Shown: positions 47,190 through 56,125 of the stretch, one piece after another
Position numbering within the stretch: the stretch's first letter is position 1
Layout of the letters: every line of letters begins with the position of its first letter
Made by a program: the position numbers and the translations under genes
Origin: Candidatus Omnitrophota bacterium
GTDB taxonomy: Bacteria > Omnitrophota > Gorgyraeia > JAFGIU01
Reading direction: 5' to 3'
Assembly (NCBI GenBank): GCA_016929445.1
Contig: JAFGIU010000057.1
Coordinates: 3,867 to 67,866 of the forward strand
DNA: 64,000 nt
The notes under the pieces: generated by a model
What the model was told of the DNA's origin: nothing
The model's database searches: none
Seen by the model: only the letters and a program-made list of their open reading frames with translations

Positions 47190-49612
47190 CTCCGGTACTG
47201 GGCGAGCAAGGCCTTTTTCCAAACGGCCGACTCTTCCCCCAATTCTCCTTGTGCTTTGATTTGGGCATCTTCCAAGGCCATCCAGGCGCGCGCCGTCTCG
47301 CGCTGCTGTGCATAGTGTTGGGCCAAGGCCAAGTAAATCCTCGGATCCTGGATGTCCCGGCCGAGCTGCTTGAGCTCGATCTCGTACCGCAACTGCCTCC
47401 AACGCAAAGGCGCGTGCGTTTTGATCATCAATTCCTCAGTCAGGTACACAACGCGGTCCCCGTAAATGACCATGGGCAGTTTGATGCCATCCGCAGAAAG
47501 GGCCGTTTCCAGGGCGCGGTCAAACGAAGCCATGGCCCTGATTCCAAGGCCCATGCTGTCCTCGATCACTGCCCGGTTTAAAAGCACGGCCGGCCTGCGC
47601 GGGTCCAAATCAAAGGCCTTATCCAAGGCCTCCAAAGCAACGCGATTATCCCCCTGCACCCAAAGTGCGACGGCCAGATTATTCCAATTCACAGGCTGAG
47701 CCGCGTCCGCCTCCGCCTTCTGACGCCAGTGCGTGGAGTCCAACTGCAGTTCTTGAAAAGTGCACAACTCCATGCGGCGCAGGTGCTGCCGGCCGAGGAC
47801 CTCCAAGGCCTCGGCCCTTCTGCCCTCTTGAAGCAAGGCAAAAGCTAAGGCATCGTAGACCTCTTCAAAAGCCGCTGCAGACTTGGCAGCCGCGGACAAC
47901 CATTTCACTGCCTCTGCATCTTTCCCCTGGGCCAAGGCCCCCAATCCCCTGTAATAAGCCCAAACCCAATAATCCGCTTCGGATTGCAGAAGGCGGGCAG
48001 TGCGCATTTCGAGTTCTGCTATTTCTCCCCGGCGATACAGAAGCTGCAGAAGGGCCCGCTGAAGTTCATCATCCTCCGGCGACGCTTCGCTGAGCCTGCG
48101 AATCTCTTCCAAATCCACCTCGTACACAAGATGCGTGTGCCCGATTTGGTCCACAGGCTTGAGGCGCTTCAACCAGGCCGCCCGGTCCTCTTGGTTCAGG
48201 TAGTTCTGAAGCATTCCGGCCTTCACAATCACCTTCCCCTCCATTGCATCTTTGGGGTTAAGGTGTGCGCCCGGATGTCTCTTCATATAGCGCTGAACCA
48301 AAAAAGCATCCTGCCCCCAGTCCAGATTGGAGTCCAACAGCAAACGGTATCCCGCTGACGGGCCGCCCGCAGCCTCATTAAAATACGGCAGGTAATGCGG
48401 CCAGGTCCCAAGAGTGCCCATGACAAACCATGCACACAAGAAAGCAACACCCATGCGTCCCGTTCTTCCCCAATTCCACAAACTCCAGGCCCCGTAGGCG
48501 CTCAGCAGAAGGACCAGCGGGGTGAGCGGCAAGAGGTGGCGGTAGCCGATATTGTAGTGATTGAGAAACAGGAAGTAGAAAGCAATGCAGATCAGCGGAA
48601 CAAAGAGAACCCCTTGCAAGCGGCGGTTTTGACCCTCCTTGGGACGGAACAGAAGGATCTTGCCCGCACCAAAAAGTGCGATTAGAGGCAAGGGTGTCTT
48701 GGCCAGCCACACCACCGGGAAGTAATACCACCAGCCGTAACGGGAGTGCGCGCCCATGAGAAAATTGGGAAATCCGAATTCGCTGTAGTGGCGCTGAAAA
48801 TCCAAACCCCAGATATACGGCGCGGGCAAGAGGCCAAGCAGACTGCGCACGGGTTCGCGAGTTCCCCAATGGCTGAAGAGATCACTCGTAAACCAGCGCG
48901 CGTCCGGGGCCTCTCCGACCCCCTGCCATCCGTAAAGTGTGCAAAGCACAATCCAGGAAACCAGACAGACAATCCCGAGATAGCCCAGCCCCTTGTGATT
49001 TCGCGGCGCGAAAATTCCCAGAATGAGAAAAGCACTCAGCCAAACAAGGACTGCCGTGAATTTGGTGCCCAGGGCCAAGCCCATGCAAAGCCCGGCCAAC
49101 GCATAGCCCAATGCAGACGGTTTTTCAATGGCCCGCCAAACCGCGTAAAAGCACAGCAAGGCCATGGCTGCCATGGGAAAGTCCGTGTTCACCAGCCGTG
49201 CATGCGCTAAGAGATTGGGCTCAAAAGCTGCCAAGCCTGCAGCCCAAAGCCCGGCAGCCGGGGCCCAGGCCCTGCGGCCCCAAAGCCAGAGAATTCCAAA
49301 AAAAAGAAACACAAAGGGAAGCATGCAGAGACGGCACAGCATGAGTCGCACAGCAGGGTTCTTATAATCAAAAGAAGCCGAAAGCCACCCGTGCAAATAG
49401 GAAGTCAGCGGCGTGTGGGTGAGGTTTTCGCGCACAGCCCAGCGCGAGCCTTCGTAGAGATACTGAGCGGAGTCCATGTAGAGCAACTCATCGCCCGCAG
49501 GAGCCTTGAGAACAGCACTCGAGAAAGCCTGCACGAGGAATACCCCCATCAGCATCCAAATAACAATGCGTTCCTTCTTCCGGCTCTGAGCAAAAATATG
49601 CATATTCGCCAT
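47186..49612 (-). CDS. PMT_2/ArnT-like GT-C glycosyltransferase with a long C-terminal TPR domain, paralogous to 39832..42276.
   Basis: APAGDELLYMDSAQY..., GTKFTAVLVWL and FEPNLLAHARLVNTD, plus a multi-TPR C-terminus. ATG at 49612. Confidence 0.75.
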   Translation of the reverse strand: MANMHIFAQSRKKERIVIWMLMGVFLVQAFSSAVLKAPAGDELLYMDSAQYLYEGSRWAVRENLTHTPLTSYLHGWLSASFDYKNPAVRLMLCRLCMLPFVFLFFGILWLWGRRAWAPAAGLWAAGLAAFEPNLLAHARLVNTDFPMAAMALLCFYAVWRAIEKPSALGYALAGLCMGLALGTKFTAVLVWLSAFLILGIFAPRNHKGLGYLGIVCLVSWIVLCTLYGWQGVGEAPDARWFTSDLFSHWGTREPVRSLLGLLPAPYIWGLDFQRHYSEFGFPNFLMGAHSRYGWWYYFPVVWLAKTPLPLIALFGAGKILLFRPKEGQNRRLQGVLFVPLICIAFYFLFLNHYNIGYRHLLPLTPLVLLLSAYGAWSLWNWGRTGRMGVAFLCAWFVMGTLGTWPHYLPYFNEAAGGPSAGYRLLLDSNLDWGQDAFLVQRYMKRHPGAHLNPKDAMEGKVIVKAGMLQNYLNQEDRAAWLKRLKPVDQIGHTHLVYEVDLEEIRRLSEASPEDDELQRALLQLLYRRGEIAELEMRTARLLQSEADYWVWAYYRGLGALAQGKDAEAVKWLSAAAKSAAAFEEVYDALAFALLQEGRRAEALEVLGRQHLRRMELCTFQELQLDSTHWRQKAEADAAQPVNWNNLAVALWVQGDNRVALEALDKAFDLDPRRPAVLLNRAVIEDSMGLGIRAMASFDRALETALSADGIKLPMVIYGDRVVYLTEELMIKTHAPLRWRQLRYEIELKQLGRDIQDPRIYLALAQHYAQQRETARAWMALEDAQIKAQGELGEESAVWKKALLAQYRR

Positions 49613-49617
49613 TCTTA

Positions 49618-49757
49618 GGGACAGGTCTCGCCATCCCTATACCGTATAATAGGTTACATGAGATCCGTCCCCATCCCCTTCACCGGTGATGAACGGCGAT
49701 AGGGGGACGGACCTCGCGTAACCCGCTATGCTGCAATGGATTCGAGAGACCTGTCCC
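49618..49757. repeat. Family-B nested inverted repeats. The outer pair is GGGACAGGTCTCG...CGAGAGACCTGTCCC and the inner pair is GAGATCCGTCCCC...GGGGGACGGACCTC. The element overlaps the 3' end of the TMTC-like gene 49680..51341.
   Basis: Read directly: 49618-49630 / 49743-49757 and 49660-49672 / 49702-49716. Confidence 0.45.
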
Positions 49758-51341
49758 TGGTTGTGGGGGGTTCCCGGTGTGCTGCAAATAGCAAGTCACG
49801 GTTTGGTTTTCCGGATACGCCTGATGCAGCTCTTCAAAGATCTTCCTTGCCTCCACCAGGTCTCCCTGTTTCCAACGGAGAACCCCGAAATCAAAAAGCA
49901 CATTGGCGTAGTCCGGGACCAGTTGCAAAGCCCGCTCGTAATGCCTCTCTGCCGCCCCCAGATTGCCCTCCTGCATATAGTCGGAACCCAGGTAGTAGTG
50001 CGCATGCGCATTGTCCGGCTCCAAAGCCACGGCCTTACGCAGATGCGCCAAGGCCGCTGAGTAAGCGCCTGCGCCCTTGAGACGGATACCGGTATTGAAG
50101 TGCGCGGCAAAACTCTGCGGCTCTGCCTGTAAAGCAGAGTCCCACAACTGGGCATCATTCCTCCACACTGCAGCCTGCGCAAGTGTCAGCGCCCCCAGCA
50201 CGCATACAAGCAGCACCCCCACATATTGAGGGCCCTGCTTTCCTTTATCCCAAAGATAACGACCCAGCAACCCGGCCAATCCGATTAGCGGCAAATACAA
50301 AAATCGCTCAGCCACCAACGCATTTAAGGGAACTAAACTCGAGGTAGGCAGATAGACCAGGAAAGAAAAAGCAATCAGGAAAACCGCAATCCGGTCCCCG
50401 CGCCTTAGGCGATCAGCGACACAAAACAACAGGAAACCCGCAAAGCCCAAGCCCACCCAAAGTCTGGGCTCAATGCCTGTAATGGGCGGCACCGGATGGT
50501 CGGGCGCCAAACCAAGCGGCATAAGCAGCAGCGAAAAGGCCCTCGCCCAGGCATAGTAGGCAGTCGCCAAATTCGTCCACGGCGTGCCGCCATGCCATGT
50601 GCGCTGACTCGTCCTTCCGAGAACGCCCATCCAAATCGCGGCATAGATGACTGCCGTGGCAAAAAACGGAATCAAGAAACGGTACCGGGAAAAGGCTCCG
50701 GAACTTTGCTCAGCTCTCTTGGATCCAAACAAAGCCTCCCAAACCAAAAGAACCAGCGGCAGCGTAAGGGCCACTTCCTTGGCCAGGGCCGCCAACAGAA
50801 ACAGACTCCAGGAAAACAGGCGCAAGCCTTGGCCGCCGGCTTCTGTACGCCTCGAACGCACATAGCAGAGAAAGGCGCCCAAATACAGCGGCGCGCACAA
50901 GACATCCGCCCGGCTCGAAATCCAGGCCACAGCTTCAACATTCACAGGGTGCAAGGCGAATAGGGCCGTCCCCCAGAGCGCTGCTTCAGATTCCAGAAAC
51001 TTACTAAGAAACAAGAAGACCAACAGGACGGTCAAAAGGTGGAGACCCAGACTGCTCAAGTGATAGCCCAGCGGATTAAGCTTCCACACAAAATAATCCA
51101 AGGCAAAACTCGTGGTGCGCAAAGGCCTGAAAATATCGTCCCAGACAATATCATCCGCCAGGGTATGCTGCGGCCGCAGAAAGAAATCGGGGATATTTCT
51201 CAAGGTCTGAAGATGCGAGTTGCCTGCGATAAAGAAGTGGTCGTCGTAGACAAAGCCTGCTTTGAGCACCGGTAAATAGGCCACAAAAGCCAGAAGAAGA
51301 ATTGCCCACAGCTGGATGCGAACAGACGGGCGTTGCAGCAT
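49680..51341 (-). CDS. TMTC-like GT-C glycosyltransferase with TPR, paralogue C.
   Basis: MLQRPSVRIQLWAILLLAFVAYLPVLKAGFVYDDHFF... and C-terminal TPR. ATG at 51341. The last roughly 25 codons run into the family-B repeat. Confidence 0.75.
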   Translation of the reverse strand: MLQRPSVRIQLWAILLLAFVAYLPVLKAGFVYDDHFFIAGNSHLQTLRNIPDFFLRPQHTLADDIVWDDIFRPLRTTSFALDYFVWKLNPLGYHLSSLGLHLLTVLLVFLFLSKFLESEAALWGTALFALHPVNVEAVAWISSRADVLCAPLYLGAFLCYVRSRRTEAGGQGLRLFSWSLFLLAALAKEVALTLPLVLLVWEALFGSKRAEQSSGAFSRYRFLIPFFATAVIYAAIWMGVLGRTSQRTWHGGTPWTNLATAYYAWARAFSLLLMPLGLAPDHPVPPITGIEPRLWVGLGFAGFLLFCVADRLRRGDRIAVFLIAFSFLVYLPTSSLVPLNALVAERFLYLPLIGLAGLLGRYLWDKGKQGPQYVGVLLVCVLGALTLAQAAVWRNDAQLWDSALQAEPQSFAAHFNTGIRLKGAGAYSAALAHLRKAVALEPDNAHAHYYLGSDYMQEGNLGAAERHYERALQLVPDYANVLFDFGVLRWKQGDLVEARKIFEELHQAYPENQTVTCYLQHTGNPPQPGTGLSNPLQHSGLREVRPPIAVHHR

Positions 51342-51342
51342 C

Positions 51343-52902
51343 TCAAACCCCTAGCAAAGACAGGTGCCGGAGCAGTTGGCCGGCCTGCGGATAGTTGAAC
51401 TGCTGCGCCAGAAGCGCATGAACCATGGACTCCTCCAAACGCTGGGGGTTCTGATGCATGAGCGTGAGCGATAAACCGTAATGAGCCAACCCACTGTCCC
51501 CGCGCAAGGAAATGGCTTTACGGAATTGATCCTCGGCCAGGAGAAAATCCTGGCGATGCGCGGCCGCCAGGCCCAAACCAATATGAGCCTGAAATGAGGC
51601 CGGCGCGGCTTCCACCTCATGACTCCAAAGAGTCCATTCATTCTGCCAGTCCTCTCCCCGCTCCAGTGTGAACAGGCCATAGGACAAAAGCATCGTAAAC
51701 GCCAAAAGGCTGGGCACCAGGCGCTCCTTCTTGTGGGCGCGGTCCTCATTCCAGGACCGGTTCCACAGCCGCACAAAAACCGCTCCCAAAATCCAGCCAA
51801 AACCCAGCACCGCCAAATAGAGAAAATGCTCGGCCATGATCCCCCGGAAAGGAACCAGATTGGAAACAGGCAGAAGAGTCCAAAAGGCCAAGGCCAAAGC
51901 CATAATGATCCAACGCCGGCCCAGGCCTACCCACAAGAGCGCGCCCGCCAAGGTCCCCATCAAAATCAGCGGCTGCCAAAAAGCGCCACTCGAAGCAGTG
52001 CTCACAGCCGAAACCTGCCGGATCACATAGAGCGGATGCGGAAAAAGCAGGAGTTCAAAATACCCATAGACAATACTGGGCACGGTCCACAAGGTGGGCC
52101 AAAATCCTCCGGCCCAATACCCCCTCTGCGCCACCGAACCGACCACAAAAAGACGCACCAGAAAGAAGACGCCTACCAAAATAAGATGCGGTTTAATAGT
52201 CCGAATGAGTCTGCCCAAACGCCGGATACGGATACGGTCTCCAAGACAAAAGGCATAGGTCAGGAGCAAGAAAGGCAGTACCACGGCAGTCTCCTTACTC
52301 AAAAGCGCAAGGAGCGTGGCCGCAGTACTGAAGAAATGGGCCCAGCGTTTGCCTTCAACCAGATAGAGCCTATAGGCCAAGAGCGCCCACAGGGCAAAGA
52401 ATGCATAGAGCAAATCCCCGCGCGAGGAAATCCAATACACGCTCTCGACCTGCACCGGATGCAAAAGAAAGACCGCAGCCCCAAACCAGGCCGCCTCCAT
52501 AGCGCGTTTCTGATCCATCCAGGCAAAATCACCGAACACCCGGATCCCCAACCACCAGGCCAACAGGACATTGAGCAAATGCAAGACCACCTGTGTGCAA
52601 TGGTAACCCCAGGGATGCGCCCCAAAGGCCCGCCACTCCAGGGCATAAGAAAGGGTGCGCAAGGGCCGGTAAATTTGATGATCCTCGGAAGAAACTGCCC
52701 GGGAACTCAGAAAATAGGAAGGCCATTGAGACAAGTCGTGTTTGGCCGTGTTTTCCACGATAAAGGAAACATCGTCGTACACAAACTCCCCTTGAAGGCT
52801 CGGCAAATAAGCCAAAGCCCCCAAAAGCACAAGGGCGAGTCCCCCGATCAGGTACCGGGTGAATCTGCCTCTGAAAATGGTTTCAGCATTTGATAAAAAC
52901 AT
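51343..52902 (-). CDS. TMTC-like GT-C glycosyltransferase with TPR, paralogue D.
   Basis: ...YLIGGLALVLLGALAYLPSLQGEFVYDDVSF.... Probable start ATG 52902 (MFLSNAETIFRG), 2 nt after the upstream stop. The track's 52980 start overlaps by 76 nt. Confidence 0.7.
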   Translation of the reverse strand: MFLSNAETIFRGRFTRYLIGGLALVLLGALAYLPSLQGEFVYDDVSFIVENTAKHDLSQWPSYFLSSRAVSSEDHQIYRPLRTLSYALEWRAFGAHPWGYHCTQVVLHLLNVLLAWWLGIRVFGDFAWMDQKRAMEAAWFGAAVFLLHPVQVESVYWISSRGDLLYAFFALWALLAYRLYLVEGKRWAHFFSTAATLLALLSKETAVVLPFLLLTYAFCLGDRIRIRRLGRLIRTIKPHLILVGVFFLVRLFVVGSVAQRGYWAGGFWPTLWTVPSIVYGYFELLLFPHPLYVIRQVSAVSTASSGAFWQPLILMGTLAGALLWVGLGRRWIIMALALAFWTLLPVSNLVPFRGIMAEHFLYLAVLGFGWILGAVFVRLWNRSWNEDRAHKKERLVPSLLAFTMLLSYGLFTLERGEDWQNEWTLWSHEVEAAPASFQAHIGLGLAAAHRQDFLLAEDQFRKAISLRGDSGLAHYGLSLTLMHQNPQRLEESMVHALLAQQFNYPQAGQLLRHLSLLGV

Positions 52903-52904
52903 GG

Positions 52905-53921
52905 TTATTGAAATAGAGTTTTGGAGAGCTGAGAGAGAATGGTCTGATAGGCCTCGCAAGGCGTCCAGCACTGCGGGCACTTCCCCTCTTCGATCTCCTT
53001 CCTTAGATTCTTGGTTTCATTCTCTTGCCAAAAACGGGCCAGATCGTAATCGCAACCGCGCAGACTGCCCGCCTTCCGGTCATAAATCGAACAAGGATAA
53101 ATATCCCCGAAGGGATCGATAAAAACCGAGGAGGCTAATGCCTGGCATACCATAGGCGACTGACCCGAGCGCGCAAACTCCGGGGCCAGAGCCAAGTAAC
53201 GGTCTTCCAGCCAGGCCACAGGATTTCTTGGCTTCCCCCTGAGCTTTCGGATCTCCCCCAGGATCTCCTGCAGTCCCTCAAGCGAGGCCCGGGGCATCCC
53301 CCCGTTTTGATAGTAATGCCCGGACTCGTGCGCCACGTTAACATGAAAATCCTTGTGCGTCACATAGGGCAGCTTAGCCTGCACATCCTTCACCGCCTGA
53401 GGGAACTGGCCCTCATTAAAACCGGAAAGCGTGAGCCCAAAATAGACTCCGAAATTTTCGCGGTTAATTTGCCGCAAAAGATTGAAGGTATCCGTGCATC
53501 GCTCCCATGCCCCCTCCACTTGCCGAATCTCATCGTGACCTTCCCGCGTGCCGTCCAGGCTCAGCGTGACCAAGAGCCGCTTGGGTTTGAGATCGAGGAT
53601 CTCCCGCACCTTCTTCTCAATATACTGGGTCTGCTGACCTGTGCTCGGGAAATCAATCAAGTACAAGTCTTTGCAGTTCCCGATCATGAGCTTCACGATC
53701 TCAATAAGATCCGGGCGCATAAAAATCTCACCGCCGCTCAAATTAATCCAGGAAAACCGGTTGGACTTCTGAAAAAATTCGCGGTATTCGTCCAGGCTCA
53801 TCTGAGCGCTGGAATCGCGTTGCCAAATATTGCACATCTTGCAGCGGCAATTGCAGGTGTACGTCAAGATGAGTGTGAGCTTATAGGGAAAAGGCAGGCG
53901 TTTGAAGTTGGTGGCGAACAT
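52905..53921 (-). CDS. Radical SAM enzyme with a C-terminal SPASM-type Cys-rich domain.
   Basis: CNCRCKMC is a CxxxCxxC cluster near the N-terminus; the C-terminus carries CPQCWTPCEAY. I propose the start at ATG 53921 (MFATNFKRLPFPYKLTLILTYTCNCRC). The track start at 54017 overlaps the upstream gene by 70 nt. Confidence 0.7.
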   Translation of the reverse strand: MFATNFKRLPFPYKLTLILTYTCNCRCKMCNIWQRDSSAQMSLDEYREFFQKSNRFSWINLSGGEIFMRPDLIEIVKLMIGNCKDLYLIDFPSTGQQTQYIEKKVREILDLKPKRLLVTLSLDGTREGHDEIRQVEGAWERCTDTFNLLRQINRENFGVYFGLTLSGFNEGQFPQAVKDVQAKLPYVTHKDFHVNVAHESGHYYQNGGMPRASLEGLQEILGEIRKLRGKPRNPVAWLEDRYLALAPEFARSGQSPMVCQALASSVFIDPFGDIYPCSIYDRKAGSLRGCDYDLARFWQENETKNLRKEIEEGKCPQCWTPCEAYQTILSQLSKTLFQ

Positions 53922-53947
53922 GCGCGCGGCCAGTGCGGAGAGCGCGT

Positions 53948-56125
53948 TCACCCGTTCAGCTCCGCGGCCTCGGGTTTTTGCCCATAGACCCCGATGCGAT
54001 ACTGCCCGCCCAGCCACCGCGCTGTCTGATTCACCGCGGCAATCCCTGCGCGCGTGACTTTATTCAAGGAACCGGGTTTATCCCAGCGCTTGCTGGGGTC
54101 GGCGTCCTCCCCCACAACTTGAACCACTTGCAGGCCCTCATTCTGAAAAAGCTGTTTGAGCGATTGGAGTCCGAAGAAATACGTATGGCTATTATCGTAT
54201 AAATCGTAGACGTAACGGTCAAAGAAGTGAAAGCTGCCCAAGTAGATCATGCGCGCCACGCGCATCAACAGGCTTTCCGCATTCTGGGCCACCACTAAAA
54301 GCAGACCGCCTGGCCGCAGCAAGCGGTAGGCTGTGCGCAGATCCGTGAATGGATCCGGCAAGTGGTCCAAGGTATCCCAGAACACCACCACATCAAAGGA
54401 GGCATCGGCATGAGGCACATCTTGAAGCGTGCCGCAGTGGACATCAACGCCGAACTGCTCCATCGCGTACTCCGCTGCATGCCGGGAGATCTCAACCCCG
54501 CAAGGCTCGGCCCAACCTGCCCCCTTGGCCATGTCCAAAAAAATACCCATGCCCGAGCCCACTTCCAGGATGCGCCCCTTTTGACGGTATTTGAGCATTT
54601 CCCAAAGAGCCCGCCGGTAGAGCGCTATCTCCTTACGGCTCAAACGCCTGCGATAATCCTGTCCATAGCGATGCAACTGACCTTGTTCAAAATACGTGCG
54701 ATCATTATAAAAACTCAGCAAGGCCCGTTCCGAACCCTCCATCAAACGTCTCTGCATCAAACCGCAATCCGCGCAGCGATAGAGCTCTCCGAAAAAATAG
54801 GGATAGCGCCGCTGCTGCAAGGGGTAATACATCCGCACCTGCGCAGACCCGCAAAGATGGCACTTTCCGTGCTCCGGCACTGCCATGGATAACTCCTCTT
54901 GCCAATTCGTGTCCAAGCCCTGCCCAGGCTCTTCCCGGGGCTCATCAGAAAAATAGCGCGCCTTGAGCGTGTCAAAAACCTCTTGCACGCTAATGCTCCA
55001 AATACACACCGGAAACTGGCAACTGCTGGTTTTTTGATTGAGATTCGTAATGCAAGGGCTGCAGGGCAGGCGATGGTAAAAGGCCGTGTGCTGCTCCCCG
55101 CCCCAGGGGCCGTAAAGGACCGGGGTGTTGGGCCCATAAAAACCTGCCACAGGCGTGGACATGGCGCACCCGAAATGCGCCAGGGCCGTATCATTGGAAA
55201 GAACCAAGTAAGCCCGGTCTGTGAGAGCGGCCAGTTCAGTGAGATTGATTTTCCCGGCCACGCTCGCGGAAGAAGCCTCCATCTTGTTACGGATGCGCTC
55301 AATAAGAGCGTTTTCCGCGCGTGTGCCCGTAAACACCACCCGCGCCCCGCACTCCGCGGCCAACCGGTCTGCGAGTTGGGCAAAAGAGTTCTCCGGCCAG
55401 CGCCGCTCCGCAAAATTCTCCCCGGATCCCGCATGGATCAAGACAATGCGGCCCTCTTGCCCGATGCCCTGATCCGCCAATAAGCGCTCCACGCGCCGGG
55501 CCTCTTCTGCTTTATAAGGAATAGCCACCGGCTCCAGATTCTCACAAGGCACTCCGGCGGCTTGCGCAATTGCGGCAAAGGCCGGCACCATGTGCCGGTT
55601 TTCCGGATAGTCAACGGGATGGGTATACACAAAGCCCCGCATCTGCCCGGGCGTCTCAAATCCGTAACGGTAGGGCGCGGCAGTCAAAGCGCTAAAAACA
55701 CTGGCGGTCTTGGCAAACTGTTCAAAATCCAGGACCATATCGACCCGCTCCACGGACAGATGCCAGAAGAGTCTCAACAGGCTAACAGCAAAATGAAAGG
55801 CGCTGGTCGTATCCAGATAAAGCACTCTGTCCACATCCGGAACGGATTCCATCAAGCCCGCGTTTTGGCGCAAGGTAAGAAACAGAATCTCGGACTGGTC
55901 AAAATGGACGCGAAGCGCCCGCACAGTGGGCAGAAGCATCACAAGGTTCCCGATACCCGGAAACTTGATGAGGAGAATCTTGGATGGAGATTGAGAATCC
56001 GGCGGGATAATCCCCAGAAGCCGGCGTAAAAACAAACGCAAGGGCAACACAAGCTGAAGCGCCACACAGAGCACATAGCAGGCGTACTTATCCAGAATCC
56101 GAATACCTTTAGAGTTTAGGGTCAA
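53948..56125 (-). CDS. Bifunctional protein: GT9 (heptosyltransferase-family) glycosyltransferase fused through a Cys4 zinc ribbon to a class I SAM-dependent methyltransferase.
   Basis: SKILLIKFPGIGNLVMLLP...TGTRAENALIERI is the GT9 part. CHLCGS...CADCG is the zinc ribbon. RILEVGSGMGIF...LLRPGGLLLV is the methyltransferase part. TTG start 56125 overlaps the upstream stop as TTGA. Confidence 0.7.
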   Translation of the reverse strand: MTLNSKGIRILDKYACYVLCVALQLVLPLRLFLRRLLGIIPPDSQSPSKILLIKFPGIGNLVMLLPTVRALRVHFDQSEILFLTLRQNAGLMESVPDVDRVLYLDTTSAFHFAVSLLRLFWHLSVERVDMVLDFEQFAKTASVFSALTAAPYRYGFETPGQMRGFVYTHPVDYPENRHMVPAFAAIAQAAGVPCENLEPVAIPYKAEEARRVERLLADQGIGQEGRIVLIHAGSGENFAERRWPENSFAQLADRLAAECGARVVFTGTRAENALIERIRNKMEASSASVAGKINLTELAALTDRAYLVLSNDTALAHFGCAMSTPVAGFYGPNTPVLYGPWGGEQHTAFYHRLPCSPCITNLNQKTSSCQFPVCIWSISVQEVFDTLKARYFSDEPREEPGQGLDTNWQEELSMAVPEHGKCHLCGSAQVRMYYPLQQRRYPYFFGELYRCADCGLMQRRLMEGSERALLSFYNDRTYFEQGQLHRYGQDYRRRLSRKEIALYRRALWEMLKYRQKGRILEVGSGMGIFLDMAKGAGWAEPCGVEISRHAAEYAMEQFGVDVHCGTLQDVPHADASFDVVVFWDTLDHLPDPFTDLRTAYRLLRPGGLLLVVAQNAESLLMRVARMIYLGSFHFFDRYVYDLYDNSHTYFFGLQSLKQLFQNEGLQVVQVVGEDADPSKRWDKPGSLNKVTRAGIAAVNQTARWLGGQYRIGVYGQKPEAAELNG

